Below are positions 51,887-64,000 of a DNA stretch of 64,000 bases, piece after piece. The stretch lies in NCBI GenBank assembly GCA_965262115.1, contig OZ253496.1, positions 608,001 through 672,000 of the forward strand. Reading direction: 5' to 3'. The DNA comes from Nitrospinales bacterium (GTDB taxonomy: Bacteria > Nitrospinota > Nitrospinia > Nitrospinales > VA-1). Numbering within the stretch: position 1 is the first letter of the stretch; each line of letters begins with the position of its first letter. Both the position numbers and the translations under genes were made by a program. The notes below the pieces were generated by a model. It was not told the origin of the DNA. It saw only the letters and a program-made list of their open reading frames with translations, and did not search any database.

Positions 51887-52492
51887 ATGAAGAATGTTAT
51901 ATCTGCTGCGGTTTGTGCCTTGTTGCTGTTCCCGTCGCTCGGTTTCGCAGGGAGTAAAGACAATTTTACTTATATCAGTTTCTCAGGAATGGTTTTCGTG
52001 GCGGAAGATTCCACCCTGGAGGCTAAAAATTTCATGATTGCAGGAGGAACAGAAGCAGAATTAGATGTCGGCCTGGGTTTTTCCGTGGCGGTGGGCAAGA
52101 AGGCAGGCAACGGCTGGCGGGGAGAACTCGAATACTCCTACAGGAAAAGTGATACTGGCGATTTAACACTGGGGGCTGTGAACGTTCCCACCCTTGGCGG
52201 AGAAGCTGATATCCATATTATTATGGCTAATGGCGTTTACGACATTACAAACAACAGCCTGTTCACACCGTATCTTGGTGCGGACGTTGGGTGGGAAGAA
52301 GAAGCTGAGGGTGCAGAGTTTGCTTATCAACTTTTGGCCGGAATAAACTATGAGGTCGCTCCTAAAGCCGATTTGATTCTTGGTTATCGTTACACGGGGA
52401 TGACCGATCTGAATTATGAGGCAGCTGGCTTAAAATATACCGCCACGGTGGATACCCACAACTTTGAACTCGGATTCAGGCATTCGTTTTAA
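51887..52492 (+). CDS. 8-stranded outer membrane beta-barrel protein (opacity/OmpA-TM-like)
   Basis: Signal peptide, WRGELEYSYR, MANGVYD, FTPYLGA, FAYQLLAG, C-terminal Phe; RBS GAGGAGG. Confidence 0.85.
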   Translation: MKNVISAAVCALLLFPSLGFAGSKDNFTYISFSGMVFVAEDSTLEAKNFMIAGGTEAELDVGLGFSVAVGKKAGNGWRGELEYSYRKSDTGDLTLGAVNVPTLGGEADIHIIMANGVYDITNNSLFTPYLGADVGWEEEAEGAEFAYQLLAGINYEVAPKADLILGYRYTGMTDLNYEAAGLKYTATVDTHNFELGFRHSF

Positions 52493-52705
52493 AGACAGGC
52501 CAAACGGGTGATGATAGAACCATTCTGGTAATCTATTTTCTGGTACTTTCTCCTCCAGGCCGTTCGCTTTGTTTTTTTCTAATCTCCTTTTTTCCACTCC
52601 AGGGAGAGTAGACTTTTAATTCTGGAGAGTTAAGGCGTGCCCTTCAAAGAATTTTTTTTCAACCTTGATGATTGGGATGGGATAAACGAAATTTTTCTTA
52701 AAAAA

Positions 52706-52839
52706 TTGCCGTTATCAATTAAAAATCTTGCCGCCCATTTCCATGCCGGTCCGTGGTACGTTATATGGTGGACACGGTAGCCATTATGTATCCGGGAAAA
52801 ATTGCAGGACAGGTTCCCGGTCGATGCTCTCTTCAAGAA
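52706..52839 (+). pseudogene. internally deleted remnant of the ABC ATPase gene 46277..48307
   Basis: 52706-52752 resembles 46277-46323 and 52753-52839 resembles 47951-48036, joined directly. Confidence 0.7.
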
Positions 52840-52887
52840 AAGGGGTCAAGGTCTTCTTGACTACAAGAGGGTAAAAGAAGTGCGGCA

Positions 52888-53339
52888 ATCCAACCCTCCC
52901 CCAGCCCCTCCCTATGAAGGGAGGGGAGGCCGATGTTTTAAAATCTTTTCAAAAACTCCATCCAGGTTTTCATAAACATCCTGATTGGTAAATCGCAGAA
53001 ACCGTATCCCCATATCTTCGATGGTTTTCTGCCGGATTTCATCCGATTGGATCGCCGTTCTACTGAAATGAGAGTCTCCATCGATTTCAATCGCGAGTTT
53101 TGCCGATGGGCAATAAAAATCCAGAATGTATTGGTCGACACTGTATTGTCGCCAAAACTTATGTCCACCGGCCTGTCTGTTTCGCAAAAACTGCCACAAA
53201 GCCACTTCCGCTGGCGGCATTTCTTTGCGCAGGGATTCTCTTTTGGTTTTTTCTGTGTTTCTGTTGAAAATCTTTACCATCACTTTCTACATTCCAAGCT
53301 CCCCTCCCTTCATAGGGAGGGGCTGGGGGAGGGTTGGAT
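52888..53339. mobile_element. DUF559 gene bracketed by perfect 41-bp REP-like inverted repeats
   Basis: ATCCAACCCTCCCCCAGCCCCTCCCTATGAAGGGAGGGGAG at 52888-52928 and its exact reverse complement at 53299-53339. Confidence 0.65.
52912..53283 (-). CDS. DUF559 (Vsr-like PD-(D/E)XK) endonuclease domain protein
   Basis: LRKEMPPAE..LW..LR, KFWRQY, ILDFYC, LAIEIDGDSH, LRFTN. Confidence 0.88.
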   Translation of the reverse strand: MMVKIFNRNTEKTKRESLRKEMPPAEVALWQFLRNRQAGGHKFWRQYSVDQYILDFYCPSAKLAIEIDGDSHFSRTAIQSDEIRQKTIEDMGIRFLRFTNQDVYENLDGVFEKILKHRPPLPS

Positions 53340-53562
53340 CAAAGTTAGCATCCATCCTGATTCAGCACAAAATAAATCTCAAAACTCATTGCGCCAGAAT
53401 CCAGCGTTTATCAACCTTTTCCTGAACTAAACACCCTCCGCAGACAACCTTCTGTAAGCTTTTTGCAATACCAACGACTCATTTACAGTTATCTAAATAG
53501 CATGAATTTGTTATCATGTTAAACCAACATTAGAATGAGCACACATTGCGAGGATACTTGTC

Positions 53563-54711
53563 ATGAATAAACTCTATGCGGTCTTTTTAATATTTTTAGG
53601 TTATTTTCTTCTCGTAACTTTTTCACCAAAAAATGTTGATAGTGCTTCAAAGCAATCTGCTGTTCCCACAAAGGTATCTGAAAATTCCGGGAAAACCGAG
53701 ACGGCTATTTTTGCAGGAGGTTGTTTCTGGTGCATGGAGCATCCTTATGAAGACCTGTCGGGAATTTCAAAGGTCATTTCCGGATATACCGGCGGAAAAA
53801 AGAAAAATCCCACCTACAAACAAGTCGCCTCAGGTTCCACTTCCCATGTTGAAGCCGTGGAGATCCATTACGATCCGGAAAAAATTTCCTACAATGATCT
53901 TTTAGAGATTTTCTGGAGAAATATCAATCCAACGGATGCAGGCGGACAATTTGTGGATCGAGGCAAACAATACACAACAGGGATTTTTTATACGAGCGAA
54001 CAGCAAAAACGAACTGCGGAACAATCAAAAAAAAGACTGGAGGATGGCAAACGATTCAGTAAAAAAATTATTACAAAAATTGTTCAGGCAGGACCGTTTT
54101 ACGCCGCAGAAGAATACCATCAGGATTTTTTCAAGAAAAATTATATCCGTTACAAAGTATACCGGGCCGGTTCGGGAAGAGATGAGTTTATAACCCGTGT
54201 CTGGGGGGAATACAAAGAATACAAAATTTCCAAAATGGGGTTTAATGAAAAAAAAGCTCCCCGATACGCCTTGATTGGCAGCAAAGCAGGGTCTAAAGCG
54301 AACTTGACTAAGATGCAATATAATGTCACCCAGAAAAACGGTACGGAGCCTCCATACAGAAACGAGTATTGGGACAATAAGCGAGCCGGAATTTATGTGG
54401 ATATCGTTTCTGGAGAACCCCTGTTCAGTTCTAAAGACAAATTCAAATCCGGCACGGGCTGGCCTTCTTTCACGCGCCCGCTGGTGCAGGAGAACATAGT
54501 TCGAGAAAAAGACGTCTCCTTCGGCATAGTTCGAATCGAGTTAAGTTCAAAATCTGCGGACTCGCATTTGGGACATTTATTTCATGATGGTCCCAAGCCG
54601 ACAGGATTACGGTATTGCATCAACTCGGCGTCCATGAGGTTTATTACGGTTGAGAAACTAAAAGAAGAAGGTTATGAGGAATTTTTGCCCTTATTCAGCA
54701 AGGGTATTTAA
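53563..54711 (+). CDS. msrAB: exported bifunctional methionine sulfoxide reductase MsrA/MsrB
   Basis: N-terminal hydrophobic signal; GGCFWC and AEEYHQD (MsrA); GTGWPSF, HLGHLF, RYCINS (MsrB). Confidence 0.93.
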   Translation: MNKLYAVFLIFLGYFLLVTFSPKNVDSASKQSAVPTKVSENSGKTETAIFAGGCFWCMEHPYEDLSGISKVISGYTGGKKKNPTYKQVASGSTSHVEAVEIHYDPEKISYNDLLEIFWRNINPTDAGGQFVDRGKQYTTGIFYTSEQQKRTAEQSKKRLEDGKRFSKKIITKIVQAGPFYAAEEYHQDFFKKNYIRYKVYRAGSGRDEFITRVWGEYKEYKISKMGFNEKKAPRYALIGSKAGSKANLTKMQYNVTQKNGTEPPYRNEYWDNKRAGIYVDIVSGEPLFSSKDKFKSGTGWPSFTRPLVQENIVREKDVSFGIVRIELSSKSADSHLGHLFHDGPKPTGLRYCINSASMRFITVEKLKEEGYEEFLPLFSKGI

Positions 54712-55029
54712 ATGACCGTAATGGATTGCAAAGCTTTGCTCTGGCACCTGTATATGGTGAGAGCCAACCATGGCCAGCTTTATACTGGAATCACCCAGGA
54801 TGTCACCCGGCGTTTCCTGGAACATCAGGAAGGCGGCAAAAAAGCGGCGAAGTATCTCCGGGGGAAAGGTCCGCTTAAACTGGTGTTTCAGCAAGAAATA
54901 GGGAGCCGGTCTTCTGCATTAAAAGCAGAAACCGCACTCAAAAAACTTCCCAAGCGGCAAAAAGAAAGCCTGGCAGAAAACTCAGGCAGGTTGATTCTTG
55001 ATAATCTAGAATCCATCCAGAAAAAATAA
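54712..55029 (+). CDS. GIY-YIG nuclease family protein (YhbQ/UPF0213-like)
   Basis: WHLYMVR, LYTGITQDVTRRFLEHQ, AKYLRGKGPLKLV, ALKAE..LKKL. Confidence 0.88.
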   Translation: MTVMDCKALLWHLYMVRANHGQLYTGITQDVTRRFLEHQEGGKKAAKYLRGKGPLKLVFQQEIGSRSSALKAETALKKLPKRQKESLAENSGRLILDNLESIQKK

Positions 55030-55036
55030 ATAAGAC

Positions 55037-55204
55037 TTACTGGATAAGTTTATTTTTGAATGCATAGTTCGTGATTTGCGCATTATTTTTCAAGGTGGTC
55101 TTTGCAAAAATGATCTGCCCCGTTTCGTCCAACACGCAAATGTTTGCGGGGATTAAATCCAGCAATTCTCGAAACTCTTTTGGTGCTATAGATGAGAATT
55201 TCAA
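55037..55204 (-). pseudogene. PAS-domain N-terminal fragment
   Basis: TTG 55204 reads MKFSSIAPKEFRELLDLIPANICVLDETGQIIFA..., 55 aa, then a stop. Confidence 0.4.
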
Positions 55205-55205
55205 T

Positions 55206-55301
55206 TTACTCTGCGTTCCACTCGGTCAAAAAATAATAAACCAGTGTGATCGCAACAACGCCTGCCAAACCAACAGTTACAATACAACTCAAATTCATCA
55301 T
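55206..55301 (-). CDS. 31-aa single-pass membrane microprotein
   Basis: RBS GAGGGG, then MMNLSCIVTVGLAGVVAITLVYYFLTEWNAE*. Confidence 0.45.
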   Translation of the reverse strand: MMNLSCIVTVGLAGVVAITLVYYFLTEWNAE

Positions 55302-55465
55302 AGTCCCCTCTCAGAAAACCTATTCACCATGTTTATATTTTATTAAATTCTATACCAAAAATGAAAATTTCGCTCATAACGGCTGAAGTATTTTATTAGA
55401 AAACTGGATAACTAGGTTGAGAGGGCCTATATTTCTAGTGAGCAAATGCCTTATATCCGGTTATT

Positions 55466-56332
55466 ATGAAACTACTATACACATTTGCCAAGCGTTTCAT
55501 TGCAGGGCCCGACCTCAAAACAGCTTTACCCGCCATCCACCGTATTCAAGAATCCGGTTATTTTTCATCCATTGATGTTCTGGGAGAAAGTGTTGCCACC
55601 CGACCGCAAGCAGAAGCCGCAAAAATTGAATATCTAAAACTATTTGAGTCGCTCAATAGCATTAACCATTGCTTCGACTTTTCTGTGAAACTTTCACAGT
55701 TAGGCTTGGATATTAACAAAGAATTATGCACAGAAAACCTAGAACAATTGGCACGGGCAATGGGCAATCACACAATCCGGTTGGATATGGAAGATTCCAC
55801 CCACACCCAGGACACCCTGGAAATTTGTGAAGAAGTACACAGAACCTGTCCTCATCTAGGCCAGGCCATTCAGGCTTACCTGTTCCGCTCTGAAAATGAT
55901 GTGCGCCATTGCATTGAAAATAGAATCTCCATAAGGCTTTGCAAAGGTGCTTATAAAGAACCTCTGGATGTTGCTTTGCAATCCATGGATAAAATCAGGG
56001 CAAACTTTTTCAAACTCGCCTGCCAACTATTGAAAGAAGGATATCAGCCCGCACTCGCAACCCATGACGAAAACCTGCTAGTGGAACTTCTGGATTTCAT
56101 ATGCCAGGAAAAGATTAATCCAGAATCCTTTTACTTCGAAATGCTGTATGGAGTCCGACGGGATCTGCAGAAAATACTCAAAGATAAAGGATATCGGGTA
56201 AGAATCTATATCCCCTACGGAAAAGCCTGGCTACCTTATACCCTCCGCCGACTGGCCGAAAAAAAAGAAAACTTACAGTTTGTAATCACTCATCTGTTTA
56301 GAGAAACTTTTGGCCTGAGAAAACTGCACTAA
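55466..56332 (+). CDS. monofunctional proline dehydrogenase
   Basis: RFIAG, DVLGE, SVKLSQLG, RLDMED, QAYLFRS, RLCKGAY, ATHD, YIPYG, RRLAE. Confidence 0.92.
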   Translation: MKLLYTFAKRFIAGPDLKTALPAIHRIQESGYFSSIDVLGESVATRPQAEAAKIEYLKLFESLNSINHCFDFSVKLSQLGLDINKELCTENLEQLARAMGNHTIRLDMEDSTHTQDTLEICEEVHRTCPHLGQAIQAYLFRSENDVRHCIENRISIRLCKGAYKEPLDVALQSMDKIRANFFKLACQLLKEGYQPALATHDENLLVELLDFICQEKINPESFYFEMLYGVRRDLQKILKDKGYRVRIYIPYGKAWLPYTLRRLAEKKENLQFVITHLFRETFGLRKLH

Positions 56333-56691
56333 GCCATGTCGCAAACTTCCGGACCAAAAGGGTTAAGCCCGTAAGCGGTCCACATAGCGAATCGTTTCTT
56401 GAGAATATTTTCCGGTGACTTGTGGAAACAACAACATTCCACCACAGCCCCAGCTATGCTCCCAATTTTTCGCTGGAAACATCCATCATTTGCCTGGCAG
56501 ATATTCTGGCAAACAGTATGCGACCGGGGTGTAGTGGGGAAACTAACATACCGTCCGTTTTGGACGAGTAAGCATGGGATAGAATCCAACTTCCTGAGCG
56601 AATAAAGCTCTCTGATTTAAGAAAAAAAATTCAAAAAGCCTACGATGAAATAGTCAATCTATATCTTCAGGAAGCTTGATTGTTATTAGAT

Positions 56692-57576
56692 TCAATCTAA
56701 TCCCACGGCCCGGGCCTGCTGGTCTGCCAGGTAGGAACTCCGCACAAGAGGCCCTGCTTCCACATGATTCAGGCCTAATGATTCGCCAATCTCCTTATAT
56801 TCTGCAAAACGGTCGGGGTGAATGAACTCGACGACTTCCATATGAGTTGGGGAAGGCCGAAGATATTGTCCGATTGATAGAATTTGGCAGCCTGCCTCTA
56901 CAAGATCCTGCATTGCTTGAATCACTTCTTCTCTTTTTTCTCCCAGACCCAGCATAAGTCCGCTTTTTGCTATAACCCCTTTGGTTTCTGCTGCTATTTT
57001 CAAGGTTTTCAGGGACCATTCGTAGCGACATTGAGGACGCGCATGCCTTTGTAAAGATTCGACCGTTTCAAGATTGTGGGCCAGCACATCAGGACGGGCT
57101 TCGCATACCTGGCGGATGAGATTTGTTTTTCCCTGAAAATCTGGAATCAACGCCTCAATTTTTATCCCCGGGCACTGACTTCTAATTGCCACGATGGTTT
57201 TAACCCACTGCCCTGCCCCACCATCCGGCAAATCATCGCGATCGACCGAAGTTATGACGGCATATTTCAAATCCAGTTGTGAGAGCGACAGAGCAACCTT
57301 ATCAGGCTCATCAGGGTCAGGATGATTCAGGTGCCCTGTGGGGACATCGCAAAAGCGACAGGCCCGGGTACAAGTATCTCCCAAAATCATGAAGGTCAGG
57401 GTACCCGCATCCCAGCAGGTGCCTATATTAGGGCACGATGCTGATTCGCAAACCGTGTTCAATCCATTTTTTTTTAAGAGGGATTTTAAATGAAAAAATT
57501 TACGCGTTCCAGGAAGCCGGGTCTTCAACCAGTGAGGTAACCTTTTATGCTGATATTTTGTGGCTGGGTTGCTCAT
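56692..57576 (-). CDS. lipA: lipoyl synthase
   Basis: CESASCPNIGTC, CTRACRFC, TSVDRDDL, HNLETV, PLVRSSY. Confidence 0.97.
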   Translation of the reverse strand: MSNPATKYQHKRLPHWLKTRLPGTRKFFHLKSLLKKNGLNTVCESASCPNIGTCWDAGTLTFMILGDTCTRACRFCDVPTGHLNHPDPDEPDKVALSLSQLDLKYAVITSVDRDDLPDGGAGQWVKTIVAIRSQCPGIKIEALIPDFQGKTNLIRQVCEARPDVLAHNLETVESLQRHARPQCRYEWSLKTLKIAAETKGVIAKSGLMLGLGEKREEVIQAMQDLVEAGCQILSIGQYLRPSPTHMEVVEFIHPDRFAEYKEIGESLGLNHVEAGPLVRSSYLADQQARAVGLD

Positions 57577-57704
57577 TAAAATTAAAAGGGTGCGGCGTAA
57601 TCCAGAAGTCGGGATGTAGTATAATGTGAGGGCTTATAAAAAGAAACCCTTCGTTTCTTTATCCATAACTCCAGCCAGTTCTCAAAGTATTCAAAAGCAA
57701 CTCC

Positions 57705-58994
57705 ATGTTTTTCAAGACCATTGACAGATATATATTCAGAGAATTATTAAAGATGTTTCTGATCAGTATCTTCGCCATGACAATGATCCTCTATCTGGAC
57801 AAATTCTTGTTCATGGCTGAAATGATCGTCAATCGCGGCGTTTCTTTCATGGAAATGGTGATGATGATGGTCTATATATCTCCTGCTTTTCTTGCCATCA
57901 CTATTCCCATGGCAGTCCTCATGGCATCTGTAGTCACATTCAACCAATTTTCAGTCCATAATGAATGGGTAGCCATGAAGTCCTGCAGCTGGAGTTTTAT
58001 GGAATTGATGAGACCCGTTCTATTTTTTTCATTGTTCGCATATTTTCTGGCCAATATCGTGATGTTCTGGGCTCTCCCCTGGGGTAACCAATCCTACAAA
58101 GTCCTGATGTATGACATCATTAGGAACCGGGCTAATATAGACATCCAACCTAACGTCTTTAACCGGGACTTTAAAAACCTGATTCTTCTGGTTAAAGAGC
58201 GCCATCAAAATTCACAACTTAAAGGTGTGTTCATCGCCGATACCAGCAATGCTGAAGCTCCGCAAATTATCACCTCTGAACGGGGGGTCATATTTCCCGA
58301 TCCGAAAACCCTGAAAATTCAACTCAAACTCAACAATGGAACCATCCATGAATTGAGCAATGAAAGAGGCGACTACCAGACTTTGAATTTTGACCGTTAT
58401 GATATCAACCTCAGCCTCCCGGATACAGAAAGACTGGAGCAAAAAGCCCTTGTCGGGAACAGGGAACTATCGTTCTCAAAAATCAAAGAAAAAATTAGGG
58501 ACATGAAAAAAAAGGGACTCCCCACCTCCGGTCCAGAGGTGGAAGTGAGTAAAAAATTCTCCATTCCTTTCACCTGTCTACTTTTTGCGTTCCTTGGAGC
58601 CCCGCTCGGTATCAAATCAAGCCGTTCAGGAAAATCAGGTAGTTTTGGCATCACCGTGGCTGTTATCATGGTTTACTATGTAGGACTCATTGTGACCCAG
58701 AACCTGGGAAGAGTTGGCGAAATCCACGCCTACACCTCTGTATGGATACCCAATATTATCCTGATTTGTGTGGTTATTTATGTGCTCTACAAAATGCAAA
58801 AGGATTTGCCCTTTAAATTCATGGAGAGCTTCATCGGTTTTCTGATAACAATTGTTGAATTCTTCAAAAATTTGTTTGGCAAAAACAATAAAGGGCCTAT
58901 CAGAAAAATTAAGGGCACCCGGAAACCCGCCCGTCCATCTCTGGAGGGAATAGACCGACTACGCAAAGTATCTAATCCAAAGAAGCAGGACTGA
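57705..58994 (+). CDS. lptF: LPS export permease LptF/LptG family
   Basis: IDRYIFRE, NEWVAMKSC, KKFSIPF...LGAPLG, WIPN; 3+3 TM layout. Confidence 0.8.
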   Translation: MFFKTIDRYIFRELLKMFLISIFAMTMILYLDKFLFMAEMIVNRGVSFMEMVMMMVYISPAFLAITIPMAVLMASVVTFNQFSVHNEWVAMKSCSWSFMELMRPVLFFSLFAYFLANIVMFWALPWGNQSYKVLMYDIIRNRANIDIQPNVFNRDFKNLILLVKERHQNSQLKGVFIADTSNAEAPQIITSERGVIFPDPKTLKIQLKLNNGTIHELSNERGDYQTLNFDRYDINLSLPDTERLEQKALVGNRELSFSKIKEKIRDMKKKGLPTSGPEVEVSKKFSIPFTCLLFAFLGAPLGIKSSRSGKSGSFGITVAVIMVYYVGLIVTQNLGRVGEIHAYTSVWIPNIILICVVIYVLYKMQKDLPFKFMESFIGFLITIVEFFKNLFGKNNKGPIRKIKGTRKPARPSLEGIDRLRKVSNPKKQD

Positions 58995-59017
58995 ATTTTA
59001 CTGGAACGGAGAATCAA

Positions 59018-59463
59018 ATGAAAACGGCACGCGATATCATGACCCAGGATGTGGTGACAGTGACAAAGGATCAGCCCATCAGTGACCTTTCCAAGCTATT
59101 TATCGAAAACCATTTTAATGGTGTGCCCGTTCTTGATGATGCGGGGAAAGTTATCGGTGTAGTCACCCAGGGAGACTTGATTGAGCAGAATAAAAACCTG
59201 CACATCCCCACCGTCATAGCTCTGTTTGATGCCGTCCTGTTTCTGGAGAGTGAAAAAAGTTTGAGTCCGATGTAAAAAAACTGACCGGCTCCAAAATTGA
59301 AGACATTTACCGCAAAAACCCTGTCACCGTTTCCCCCGAAACAGACCTCAGCGAAATCACCACATTGATGGCCGAGAAAGATGTCCACACCCTCCCCGTT
59401 CTGGATAACGATAAATTGGTTGGTATCATAGGCAAGAAGGATGTCATCCGCGCCATGGCTTAA
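59018..59463 (+). pseudogene. CBS-pair protein with a 1-nt deletion in the A run 59253-59258
   Basis: CBS1 (TARDIMTQDV...GVPVLD) in one frame; CBS2 (PVTVSPETDL...TLPVLD...GIIGKKDVIRAMA*) in another; one extra A fuses them. Confidence 0.75.
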
Positions 59464-59742
59464 ACCTCTTCCCACCTTTAGAAAAATATATTTCCCACCC
59501 TTTTAAACTCTTTGATTGCTAAATTCTTCAAACACGAATTACCCCAAAGGATATTGCAAGTCCGATTCTTACACTTGATTTATTTGGTAGGCCAACATAG
59601 CATTCATTTAATTGAGCACTGGGGGTAAGCGACGCACCGAAATCTATTTCAATATAAAACAAGGGTCATGACCCTAAAACAATTAACGCTGCGAACAAAT
59701 GCAAGCACATTAAACAATAAATTTAGTTTCTGGAGGCCTTAA

Positions 59743-63102
<3,360 letters not shown>

Positions 63103-63380
63103 GAACCAACCCTCTCCTTAAGCTCATCACAAGAACTTTCAAATCACACAAATTGGAATTTTTATCATCCCAGGAAACGATAACAATACTTGAAAAAAAA
63201 CAGGGCTCTAACTAGAAGAAACGGGAACTCAAATGATCGGAAAGGCTTCAGGTCAGGCAGTCAGGTTATTGATAACAGAAAAAAACCGCCCAGCCTTTGT
63301 GAAAAGAAAATAACCCAAAACTCAACCGGCTTCAACCGCTAAGTGGAGAGGAAAAGCTAATTGGTTTGTAAGACGACTGG

Positions 63381-64000
63381 TTACTGAATCTGGTTCAATT
63401 GGGCAAGAATTTTTCCACGCACTTCAGAGGGAGGATTCTTCTTCAAGGCACCATCCAGAACTTCAACCGCACGACTGGTTTCACCATTTTTAGAATAGGT
63501 CAGACCCAACATATATCGGGAGTCATGCGCCTTGTTTCCTCTAGGGTATTCGTTTAAAACTATCTCAAACTGGAAAATCGCATCATCATACATCTCCAGA
63601 GCCACGTAATTGGCACCAATCCAGAAGGCAATATTATCCCTGAGTTTATTTGGCGGGTTGCTCAGAGCCAGGTTCTGGAACAGCAAAATGGACTCGTCAT
63701 AATCTCTGCTTCGATAAGCGTTCAAAGCTTTATCATATTCCGGGGGAGTCTTGTCCGGTACCCTACGCATGCGCTTTTTGCGGACGGGTGCCTGATCTCT
63801 TTGCATTTTAATTCGGGTAATCTCTTCATTGAGACGAGCCATCTGCGCCTTCAAATCCTCAACTTCCAGTTCCAGAAAATCAGAAGAACCTGTAACCGAA
63901 GAGACGCTACCCTCCAGCCTTTCGCTGGCGGCATTGATCTTGGGTTCCAGCGTACTCAAAACCTCTTCCAGTTCCCGAACCTTGCTGATCAAGGCCTCCT
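63381..64000 (-). CDS. coiled-coil + TPR protein (CpoB/YbgF-like), 5' end outside the window
   Basis: Coiled coil, then YDKAL...DNIAFWIG...YPRGNKAHDSRYMLG; frame open to the window edge. Confidence 0.7.
   Translation of the reverse strand, partial: EALISKVRELEEVLSTLEPKINAASERLEGSVSSVTGSSDFLELEVEDLKAQMARLNEEITRIKMQRDQAPVRKKRMRRVPDKTPPEYDKALNAYRSRDYDESILLFQNLALSNPPNKLRDNIAFWIGANYVALEMYDDAIFQFEIVLNEYPRGNKAHDSRYMLGLTYSKNGETSRAVEVLDGALKKNPPSEVRGKILAQLNQIQ

Noticed and set aside
54712..55029. GIY-YIG gene as the mobiliser of the family A repeats
   Set aside because: It is YhbQ-like, abuts msrAB and has no flanking repeats
56329..56605. Short overlapping ORFs after proline dehydrogenase
   Set aside because: No RBS or recognisable motif on either strand
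59252..59259. Programmed -1 frameshift at GAAAAAAG in the CBS gene
   Set aside because: The A run is not phased as A_AAA_AAG in the upstream frame; a simple deletion or error explains it

Overview
64 kb of bacterial chromosome, mostly housekeeping genes: PBP1A, a PilR-like regulator, argG, glk/transaldolase/pgi, trxB, thrC-hom-alaC, uppP, nnr-tsaE-lptCAB-rpoN-hpf-ptsN-ptsI-metK, tig, ispG, a Yej-type ABC importer, msrAB, lipA, lptF, pyrG and kdsB. Gene content and style suggest a Nitrospina-like organism (inference, not tested). There are two accessory zones. (1) About 24.4-26.6 kb: a HigBA toxin-antitoxin pair plus a decayed, translationally coupled two-gene module. (2) About 48.3-53.4 kb: a REP-rich zone holding a four-level nested stack. 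An intact IS110 (IS621-like) recombinase has a readable bridge RNA whose guides match both its target and its donor. It sits in the hairpin of a 41-nt mini-element. That element is inserted, without target duplication, at the orfA/orfB junction of an IS3 element, which in turn sits in a REP-like palindrome. Unoccupied copies of the mini-element occur at 10.6 kb (one nested inside another) and at 14.2 kb. The same zone has a DUF559 endonuclease gene bracketed by perfect 41-bp REP-like inverted repeats. Several small genes carry single stops or 1-nt deletions (pseudogenes or assembly errors). All calls come from reading motifs by eye; no database searches were run.
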